Of a DNA stretch of 64,000 nucleotides, positions 53,521 to 64,000 are shown piece after piece. This stretch comes from Octopus vulgaris. Lineage: Eukaryota. Position numbers and translations under genes: made by a program. Every line of letters begins with the position of its first letter. Positions within the stretch are counted from its first letter, which is position 1. The stretch is from the NCBI GenBank assembly GCA_951406725.2, contig OX597818.1:84196001-84260000 (forward strand), in the 5' to 3' direction. The notes under the pieces are model-generated. The model did no database searches, had not been told where the DNA came from, and saw only the letters and a list, made by a program, of their open reading frames with translations.

Positions 53521-54100
53521 CCTTTACGCTTGCGATGATCATTTCACACGTTGTTGCTGTGACCTTATCACCAGTGGCCCTTGAACCTGATCCCTAATTT
53601 TTCACACACAACCCATCTCACCCCAACTCTCGTTTATTTTATATTCGCACAAGTGTTTCTGATCTTCTAACACCCAAAGTAACAATTTTACTGTCTTTCA
53701 AAAGGATTTGCACTCACGCAAACACACCGGCGCACGCACACACTCACACATGCATACAGACGCACACTCACGTGCAGATTCTCTCGCTTAGAAGTTGCGA
53801 GTACAGGCGTACGCATACACACGCACTTACACACACATACATGATACAAATCATGCACAATGCATATATATATGTATATATACATATAGACACAGACAGA
53901 CAAACAGAGACAGAAACAGGCTGACACACAGATAACAAGATAGATTTTCTATCTGTGACCAATACTCACAACCATGTGTGTATGATCGTTCGTATTGGGG
54001 GTGTTTTTGTGTATGTATGATGAGTATATATATGTTTGTGTGTCTGTGTATGTGTATAAGTGTGTACATAGATGCACATATATACATATATACATAGATG

Positions 54101-54146
<46 letters not shown>

Positions 54147-54155
54147 CATATATAC

Positions 54156-54195
<40 letters not shown>

Positions 54196-54869
54196 TGATA
54201 GATAGATAGATATGTGCTTGTAGAAGAGGTTCCCGGATTAGTTCAGTAGCGCGCCAACTGATGTATGTATGTGTATATGTTTACTTACGCATATATATAA
54301 TCATGCATATCTATATACACACAGACACACACATACACACGTACCCACATACATTGTAATAGAGGTACGCATAAACCTATAAATGGTGACAAACGTGTAC
54401 ATGTGCATACTTACTCATACACACGTGCACACATACAGATGAATATAACGGTGCTTACACATATACAAATACTATAGCATATACAATACATGGGTATACA
54501 CTTCAGACACATATCGACATACTAAGACATACAATAAGGAATATTCAAAGCATATTATCTTCTACCTAACATTCGTACACCACTCCATACAGGTTATAAA
54601 TACGTAGAGGAGATATAGAAATGGAGGCAGATCTCGAAGAGAAGTGAAAAGAAGAAGAGTGATAGAGAAATGAGCAGTAGTCGGCGAGAATGCCTGTATA
54701 ATCTAGGTAAATAACCATCGATCGAAGGATAGACAGATAGAAAGACAAGCATATATATGAGTATTGTGTGTATGTGTGTGTGTGTGTGCGTGTGCATGTA
54801 TGTATGTATGTATATATATATGTATATATATGTATGTGTATATATATGTATATATATGCGTATGTATAA

Positions 54870-54911
<42 letters not shown>

Positions 54912-54931
54912 GTATACGTATATATATAGAT

Positions 54932-55086
<155 letters not shown>

Positions 55087-55099
55087 GATAGATGCATAT

Positions 55100-55710
55100 A
55101 TCGGTGCAGAACATCACAAACTGTGGAAACAACATTAAATACGTAAAAACAGAACAAGTAAACAAAGAGGACGGAACCTTCATCAGTGTTCGGCTGTCTA
55201 TCTACTCCTCATTTCGAGTATTCAACGACACTATGAGTCTTCAAAGACAGTTGCTCCCATAAATTCTAAAATAAGCTTTAGGATTTATGGATGTCCAAAT
55301 TTGGGAAGAAAAACAGGACAGTGGAGACACACAAGGAAACCGAACGAAAATAAACATGGAGGGTGATTAGACCAGAACAAGAGGAAAATAGTGAACGCTG
55401 GGAGAAATATTTCCTTTGAAAAGGGAAAAGATAGAAAAGGCATAAATAAAACGTCCAGTCTTTTGAACGTCTGTACAGGAAAAGAAAGATGGTCACGTGA
55501 GGAAAAGAAAGATGGATGATAGTCACGTGTGAGAAGCGAGAGAGAGAAAAAGAGAAAGAGGGGAAGAGAGAGCAGATAGAAAACGGTGGAAGAGTGAGGG
55601 GGAGAAAAGGGGAACTGTAGAAGGATGGAGAAAGAAACAGTAAAGAGTAGAGTTGTATAAAAAGTTAAAGGTAAACTCAGATGGAAATTGGTGCGTGGCG
55701 TTCAATTAAA
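55100..55710 (-). mobile_element. PLE-like remnant (same family as 14735 and 43605)
   Basis: End ggtgcagaacatcacaaa; TCGAAA-n3-GGAGTA-n16-CTGATGA motif; start attgaacgccacg is also found at 44053. Confidence 0.6.
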
Positions 55711-55749
55711 TAACAATAATAGATATATATATATATATATATATATATT

Positions 55750-56200
55750 CAAATAAAACTCATACTAATGCCATTGCCGTTAACCTTAGTAAATGTACGA
55801 CCATGAAAATAAACAAAACTTTGGATACGTTTAGTAGAAATGCTTTCTTTCTTCATAAAAATTACTTCGGCAACTTTAAATGCTCTCGCGGCAGATTCCA
55901 CAAAACCATTTTTAACTACTCTAGCATAGAATGGATAAAATCTTTGAGATGTCTTGTACAAATACTGTCTTGCCTTCTAACAAATATCTCAGCATCTTCA
56001 AATGCTCGCGCTCCAAACTCCTCTCTTATTCATTTACCTATAATGTTGCCATTGTTATCGACCCGAAAAGCACAATTGCAATTTAGCGACCGATCTGACC
56101 ACTCCACTAGCAACCTTACATACTATGAAGTCACTATTACCTGCCAGCACCTTCAAACACATTCAAAATCATTTAGCTTCTACTCGAAGCATATCCTCGC
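55750..56200 (-). pseudogene. Possible L1/Tx1 ORF2 C-terminal relic
   Basis: C..RCW (zinc-knuckle-like) and a terminal ...KVNGNGISMSFI*; highly decayed. Confidence 0.3.
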
Positions 56201-57226
56201 TCACCAATTTGACCTTATGCCTGAACCATTTTTTGTCAGCTGTAAAAACTATTTTTGAGATCTTTTATTTGAACTTTATCGCAGATATCAAATTCTTTCA
56301 TTTTATTTGACTCTCTTTCTCCTTTGCTCTCTCTATCTATCTCTATTTTCTCCCTCTTTTAGACTATATTCTTCTTGTCACATCCTTTTCAATTTTTCCA
56401 TTTTCTTCAATATAGCATCTTTTCTTTTTGTAGTCAATACATTCCCTCACTTCTTTATCTCTACCTCTCTCATACTCTTACTTCTTTTCCTGCTCCTCCC
56501 CTTGAAAGATTCGCCAGCCCACCATCACCACCAGAACCACCGCCACTACCACCAATACATACAAACACATTTCTCTCATTATAGCTCTTTTGACATTGTC
56601 GTAAAGAATACTCCACCCCCGATGCTTGTCTCCATTTAATTTTTAGTCAATTTAGATTTCAGAATCTCTTTCTTATTTTCTTTTGTTTTATTTTTGGGTT
56701 TTCTTTAACAAGAACTGTCATTAGCGCTAATTACTTTTATTCTCATTACGGTTATAATTTCAAATTGATTAAAAAAAAATTATGTTTTGCTCACACACTA
56801 CATCAAGTATGTTAGTCCGGACTTAACTAATTATATTTCTTCCTCCTTAAAGCTCTCACGTCACTGCCTCGACCACTCTCCTAACAATCCGTCTTTCGGA
56901 TTGTCAATCTGTTTAATTGTGCGAACAGACGTAAACAACACTACCAGACCATAACTAATTATTTTTTTCCCTCTTTGACATTTGACCCCAAATTTACCTC
57001 TTGACCATTCCCTAACATTATACCACGCACTTCACTCCCTCTCACACTATCACTTACCATTTCCTCCACACCAGCCCAACCCCGCTGGAATTAATTCTCT
57101 GTACACGACAACAACGCTTCATTTCATATAACAGAAATAGCATTAACGTTTAATTCTATGTCCCTGTATCTCTATCCCTCTGCATCAGCATAGCACGACT
57201 CGTTCCCTCGCTATATATACACACAA

Positions 57227-57316
<90 letters not shown>

Positions 57317-57338
57317 TATACCTACATACACACATACA

Positions 57339-57377
<39 letters not shown>

Positions 57378-57524
57378 GTATGTATATGTATGTATATATA
57401 TATGTATACATGTATATATATAAAAACTTCTATAATTATAGGCATAATTATAATCAGGGAGTCAGCTAATTGCGGACACATATAAACATATGCATATATA
57501 AACATAAAAACATGTGTATACATA

Positions 57525-57587
<63 letters not shown>

Positions 57588-57647
57588 TTATATATATATT
57601 TATATATTTATATATACATTTATATATATATATATATATATACATAT

Positions 57648-57854
57648 ACTCTTTTACTTGTTTCAGTCATTTGACTGCGGCCATGCTGGAGCACCGCCTT
57701 TAGTCGAGCAAATCGACCCCGGGACTTATTCTTTGTAAGCCCAGTACTTATTCTATCGGTCTCTTTTGCCGAACAGCTAAGTGACGGGGACGAAACACAC
57801 ACCACCATCGGTTGTCAAGCAATGCTAGGGGGCCAAACACAGACACACACAAAC

Positions 57855-57889
<35 letters not shown>

Positions 57890-58057
57890 CATATATACGA
57901 CAGGCTTCATTCAGTTTCCGTCTACCAAATCCACTCACAAGGTATTGGCCGGCCTGGGGCTATGGCAGAAGACACTTGCCCAAGATGCCACGCAGTGGGA
58001 TTGAACCCAGAACCATGTGGTTGGTTAGCAAGCTACTTACCACACAGCCACTCCTGC
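57648..58057 (-). mobile_element. Full-length SINE family A
   Basis: Reverse-complement head gcaggagtggctgtgtggtaagtagcttg...gggttcaatccc; tail ggcggtgctccagcatggccgcagtcaaatgactgaaacaagtaaaagagt. Confidence 0.92.
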
Positions 58058-58069
58058 GCGTATATATAC

Positions 58070-58121
<52 letters not shown>

Positions 58122-58820
58122 TTATATGTATATATTAATGTATATGTGCATGTGTGTGTATGTGTGAGTGTGTGTATTAATAAAATGTAAGCTTTTACCA
58201 CAAAACGATTACCAGTTTGCTCTCAGGTATTCAACAGTTAACATAGAAACCCAATAAAGTTCTTATAAGATAAGTAATTAGGGGAATATTCCGTTGGATA
58301 ATTCTGAATATATTTCCTTAACCATATAGGTTTTCTAGTTTATAAATATTGACAATATTAAAAATAAGGATTACTCTGAAGTAGCAACAGCATTACCTTT
58401 AATTCTATAATTATATACCGCCTTTTAAGACCAAGACATGCTTCAATTGCACCGGCTAATAATCGTTGCAACTGCAACTCTTCTATAAAACGGTGCAGTC
58501 TCCCCAGGGCCTTAACTTGACATCCCTAAGTATGACTGTTTCTTTTATAAACTCCGCATTGTATAATTTAGAGCTGTCTCTAAGTTAAACGCGAACAATA
58601 AAGCTCTTATTGTAACAATCAAATTCTTATTTCAAGTTCTTATTGAATAATCATTTTCAGTTCATCATTTCAAAACCTTATATAGTTTCAATGATAATTA
58701 TTCTTTTATACTTCACAAATGTGAATTTCCTCATGTGCAAGCATCTAAATGCTTGCTCCTGTCTATAATTTGTTATATTACCCTTGGATATGAAAATCCT
58801 GTAAAATTCTGCTAAATATA

Positions 58821-60098
58821 TTAGATTGTCAAGACAGTTTTTGCGGTTTTTAACCTTTAAATTCAGATGCACATATCTCGGCTCAAACAAAACTTTATTA
58901 ATCGAATTAAATACCATCAGAATCAACACACCTTTGACAACACGAAACCAGTTTATTTATGCCAGTAGCGTAAAAATCCTGCGTTCTGGAGGGGATGAAG
59001 TCATTGAAGGCGTCTTTGGCATCGTCTTAGTTTTTTGAAGCATTTCCCACGTAGGAAGTTCTCGAAATGCTTGAAAAGAGGTAGTCATTAGGCGAGAGAT
59101 CTGGTGAGTATGGCGGAAGAGGCAGAATTTTGTAGCCCAATTCTTTCAACTTCTGGAGGGTCAGTTGTGCGACGTGCGGCCGAGCGTTGTTGTGGAGAAG
59201 AATTGGTCCTTTTCTATTGACCAATGCTGACTGTCGTTGTCGGAGTTTCTTATGCATTTCATCCATTTGCTGATATTACTACTTCTCCGCCGTAATGGTT
59301 TCACCTGGATCCACAAAGCTGTGATAGATGAGACCGGTCGTAGACTACTAAACAGTCACCACGTCCTTCTTTTGGCGCAAGTTTGACTTCGAGAAGTGCT
59401 GTAGAGCTTCTTCGGCGTCCAACCACTGAGTTGAGCGCCGCCGGTTGTCGTAAAGAATCTACTTTTCTTCGCAAGTTACATTCCGGTCGAGAAACGGGTC
59501 GTTCTTGTTGCGTAAAAGATGGGAAGACGACACTTCAAAACGGCGCTTTTTCTTTTGGTTGTCGTTCAATTCGTGCGGCACCCATTTCTCAAGCATTTTT
59601 GTTTTTCCAATCTCCTTCAAGTGGTTGGAAATCGTCGTATACGTCACGTCTAATTCAGAAGCAAGCTCTCGAACAGTTGTGCGTGGATTGGCTTCGAATA
59701 AGGCTTTTCGTTGATCGTTGTCAACATCCGACCACTACGTTTATCATCTTCAAAACTCTCGTCACCGCTACGAAATTTCATGAACCACCATTGTGCTGTA
59801 CTTTCATTAGTTGTTCCTGGGTCAACAGCATCGTTGATATCGCGAGCTGTTTCAGCAGCTTTTCGGCCTAGTTTGAACTGGAATGAGAAAATTGTGTGAA
59901 TTTGCTTTTTGTCCATGTTGTATTCAACATTCCGGAAAAAATGGCCTAAATATTCAAAAGATAAAGAGTAACACAATTAGAGCGAAAAACGGGCTTTAAA
60001 ATTAAATATAAAGTCAAAGTAATTTAACGAAAATTAATTTGAAAAGACATCAAAATTAAAAATTAAAAATTCTCGCAAGAACTTGCTTGACAATCTAA
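58821..60098 (-). mobile_element. Full-length (1278 bp) Hsmar1-like mariner with TIRs and TA target duplication
   Basis: TA|ttagattgtcaagacagtttttgcg ... cgcaagaacttgcttgacaatctaa|TA. Confidence 0.92.
58898..59916 (-). pseudogene. Mariner transposase pseudogene
   Basis: MDKKQI...FKLGRKAAETARDIN, WVPHEL, VTCEEK, LLHNNARPH, PPYSPDLSPNDY. Frameshifted; the first two catalytic D residues are altered (to E and N). Confidence 0.92.
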
Positions 60099-60604
60099 TA
60101 ACTCACGTCTATTGGTTTCAGATCTGTATGGCTTTGCAGTACATAAAAAAAAACTGAAAGAAAACCATATATACATACATACATACATACATACATACAT
60201 ACATACATACATACATACATACATGCATACATACATACATACATACATGCATACATACATACATATACGTGTTGGGGGAGGAGTATTCAGATCATGAGAA
60301 TTTATAAACTATATACACTTCAATAAAACAGGACATGATTCTGGTTTGTATCGTAGGTTCCTGAAAGCAACCAGCTATAAAGAATGCCCAAAAAATATTC
60401 GTTTAAAAAAATGCTTTGGGTAGAAAAGACGAAGGCATCCCGTGGGACTCAAATTCCCATCTCCTACGGTATTTAACGTTCCAAAAACCAAATATATATA
60501 TGTGCTGTATGTATTTATATGTTTTTTTAAAGTTTCAGCTCAGAGCTGCGGCCATATATATTATATGTATGTATATTTATATATACATATAATCTTTATA
60601 TAAT

Positions 60605-61366
60605 CTTTTTACTTGTTTCAGTCATTTGACTGCAGGCGTGCTGGTGCACCGCCTTCAATGGTTTTTTAAGTCGAACAAATCCATCCTGAGACCTTTCTTA
60701 AACCTAGTTCTTACTTTATATCTCTCTTTTCCGAATCGCTAAGTTTTGGGGATGTACACACACCAATACCATTTGTCAACCGTTGGTGGTGGGACAAACA
60801 CAGAGGCAAGCACACACTCATATGCATACATACATACATACATACATACATACATACATACATTCATATATATATATATCACCGTGATCACCGTGAACGA
60901 CCAGGCTATCAGATGTTGCTACACATCGCTGGTCACAATGCGCTTCGCATTGTTTTAGCCTCCAAATGACGCCACCCCGCTGGCTAAGCGAGCAGGCCAA
61001 CAGAAGAAAAAATGAGAGAAAGTTGTGGTGAAAGAGTACAGCAGGGATCACCACCACCCCTTGCCGGAGCCTCGTGGAGCTTTAGGTGTTTTCGCTCAAT
61101 AAACACTCACAACGCCCGGTCTGGGAATCGAAACCGCAATCCTACAACCGCGAGTCCGCTACCCTAACCACTGGGCCATTGCGCCTCCACACATATATAT
61201 ATATATATGTACAATGTGCCCCTTCCGTTTTCCGTCAACCACATCCACTCACAAGGCTTTGGTCGACACGAGGCTATCGTAGAAAACATCTGCTGTGATT
61301 GCACACAGTGGAACTGAATTCAGAACCATGTGGTTGAGAAGTAAACTTGTTACCACTCAGCCACGC
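60605..61366 (-). mobile_element. SINE family A split by a nested SINE
   Basis: Tail at 60605-60810, head at 61210-61366. Confidence 0.75.
60877..61188 (-). mobile_element. tRNA-derived SINE family D nested in the TA microsatellite of SINE A
   Basis: Reverse-complement head ggaggcgcaatggcccagtggttagggtagcggactcgcggttgtaggattgcggtttcgattccc; tandem (cacggtgat) tail. Confidence 0.85.
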
Positions 61367-62189
61367 ATATATACAAACACACACACACACACACACACAT
61401 ATGTGTGTGTGTGTGTGTGTGTGTGTATCTGTCTGTCTGTCTGTGTGCGCGCGCATGTATAAGCATTTTATAAACTTCCGAAGTTTTGAGTGAACCTCAG
61501 AGAATACTTTTTGGGAGCTGTAAATAATAGCGAATAAATATTGGGTTGGTTTTGACTAATGCAGGGCATGTCTTTTCTTCCTCGCAGTAACTTGATCCAT
61601 GTTACGAACTGCTTGACACTATTTGCCGTCTCACCCTATCCTTAGTACAATCAGATCTGCTGTTACACATTTTAAAGAAGAGATTAATTTCTCAAGCTAG
61701 ACGAGTGTACGATTGTGCAGAGAAATTTACTTGGCAGCTGTATGGATTTTGCTCTCGATCCAATTACAATATATATTAGCCAATATCATATGCCAGATTT
61801 TCAAGTGGGTCAAACCTATATCAACAAAATTTGGTAGGCAGACTCTGTATGGAAGCCCTCCATAAGGATCCATGTCGCATGATTTAAAACTATTACTGTG
61901 GTCTCAGGTGCTTTCTGTGTCTCATTCTGCTGCAAGCATTCGTATAATGTCTCTGGTTTGAGAACAGCCAGAAATTTATCTTCAAACCGCTCAATGGCTC
62001 TGCACTTCTTACTCTAAGTTTTTAAAAAGAAATTTTCTACGGTTTTTAGTTTGATGTTGAATCTTTTATTTCATTTCGCTGCCGTCAAAGCTAATAAGAT
62101 ATCTATGTTTAACGTAGTTACATATCTAAAAATGTCCAGTAAATTAATCAATCAGAGAGTCTATCAATATTACATGTTATTAATCTAAC

Positions 62190-62590
62190 CTGAGGAAGTG
62201 GTGAGGCAGAGGGGATAGTAGATCCCCAAAGGGCATTTCTACACAGAAAATAAGAAAACGATAATATCGCAAGGTACTTTTATTATATATGGGGCTTCAA
62301 CAAATTATGCCAATTACTAACCTTGAAGATTGTTAATATATTGACTTATAATAAAGCACTAACTTACTTGCATCACACTTTCTCTCTCTCACCCGCTCAC
62401 TCGTTCTAGCTCTCTCTCCCTCTTCACATACTTTCTCTACATAATTACTACACTATATTCATTTTCTTATTTGTTGTCTAAGGATAAGATCTGTGTATTT
62501 CCTCTCTCCATAGAAGAAAGCCAATCATCCGAAACGTTAGACTTTTCTGTCATAGCACAAAAATATTTCACTGTTTCAACTGTTAACTTA
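62190..62590 (+). mobile_element. Old PLE-like 3' remnant with a vestigial hammerhead
   Basis: GT....G.(L)N-like end, CT-rich UTR, then tagaaga-aagccaatcatcc-GAAACGTTA-gac (62511-62542). Confidence 0.35.
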
Positions 62591-62917
62591 TAATATATAC
62601 ATAATACATATAGTATTATAATATATACATAATACATATAGTAACGGATTTTACTACGAGGAACAGTCAGTTAATTTGAAATATCACCCATTTTATTGAA
62701 TCTGGAAGTATATAGCACAGTATTGACAATATACTGATAGCTAACTAGATACATGGCAGTAAAAGAATTTATATAGAAATACTCGAATTGATTAGAAGAA
62801 AGCAATATAACTGATATAACCATACTATGATTCGCTGTCATAGCATTTTGACATTTAATCTACAATAGTGCAATAGACACCAACAACTTTCTTTGTCCCT
62901 GTTTGTCTCTCTCCCTC

Positions 62918-62968
<51 letters not shown>

Positions 62969-63227
62969 TGCTATACTACTTACGCTTTATGAAGAAAACG
63001 AGAAAGAAAAGAACACAAATTCCATGAACTTCATCCAGACTAATTGTTTTCTACTTATAAGAAATATTTCGCTTCATAAAATGTCTAATTGACATTTCTC
63101 TGATTATGTCATGCCAAAGACTTGTAAAATGAATGGAATAGTGATATACAAGATTACCCAAGACTAAAAATTTCTAGAACTTCCTAATGAGTATGCAAAC
63201 AAAAATGTGCATTTTTCCGCCTCACAG

Positions 63228-63610
63228 CAGGCGTGGCGAACTTATGTGGTAAGAAGTTTACTTCCCAGCCACATAGTTTCGGATTCAGTACCACTGTATG
63301 GCACCTTGTGAAAATGTCTTCTATTGCCTAGGGCCGACCAAAGCCCTGTGAGTAGATCTGGTAGAAAGAAGCTGAAAGGAACCTATCGTATGAGTGTGTG
63401 TGTGCGACTTTGTATCTATGTTTGTCTTTCACTTACACTTGACAACCAGTGTTGGTTTATTTACGCCCCCGTTGGTTTATTTGGTTCAGCTAGAGCGACT
63501 GAGACTAGGGTTTGAAAAAAATAAGTTTTGGTGTCAATTCGACTAAAATCGTGCAAGCCAGTGCCCCAGCATGGCTATAGTCTAATGATTGAAGCTAGTA
63601 AAAATAAAAG
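63228..63610 (+). mobile_element. SINE family A (diverged)
   Basis: tgtggtaagaagtttacttcccagccac...gggccgaccaaagcc...ccagcatggc. Confidence 0.8.
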
Positions 63611-64000
63611 AAAATAGATACCTTAATTTCAAATGCAAAATTCTAATTTTGCCAAAGATTTATGAAGCAATGATTATTTCCTTTGCATACCTAGCCGTTG
63701 AGAAACACCACTCGTTCACAAAGCTATGCCTACGGAATTATATTTTTGCATGAAAATTAAGATTCAAATGAGAAAATTGTCAAATATAAAAACAGGAAAT
63801 TCAACGTATGATAATATATTATTTAACCCCTGGGCAGTTCCAGTAAAGCAAAACTATCGATAATAGCGTTTCAGCTGTTACCTTTCTATATGTCTTGGCT
63901 GTTTATATGATGGAAATAGTACCGTGCGTCTGGTAATAATTTACATTTCTACTTTCAAAGTTCAAATCTATCCTGCGTTAGGTTTGAATCATGCTGTGTA

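Noticed and set aside
62587-62645. Direct duplication of about 28 bp (and a similar block duplication at 42120-42230)
   Set aside because: Ordinary slippage in AT-rich sequence.

Overview
Eukaryotic, AT-rich, microsatellite-saturated DNA (AT, CA, GA, GATA, TACA, TAA, TAG, GAT/GAC, ACC tracts). Its repeat repertoire looks like an Octopus-type cephalopod genome; this is inferred from pattern recognition, not a database search. No intact protein-coding gene can be supported, and nearly all listed ORFs are translations of microsatellites. The window is intergenic or intronic. It holds about four tRNA-derived SINE families, four decayed mariner transposons (one full length with TIRs), hAT and Tigger-like MITEs, a Helentron-type non-autonomous element, and relics of RTE, CR1/L2, R4/Dong, L1/Tx1 and Penelope-like (PLE) retroelements, plus a PIF1-like helicase relic. 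The most striking structure is a near-perfect 619-bp tandem array (about 2.8 units, 1523-3244) preceded by an inverted 133-bp copy of the unit end. Each unit carries a type I hammerhead ribozyme, giving a retrozyme/PLE-like architecture that could release 619-nt RNA monomers. Several other microsatellite-embedded elements carry hammerhead-like motifs or foldback structure. Coordinates of decayed elements are approximate.
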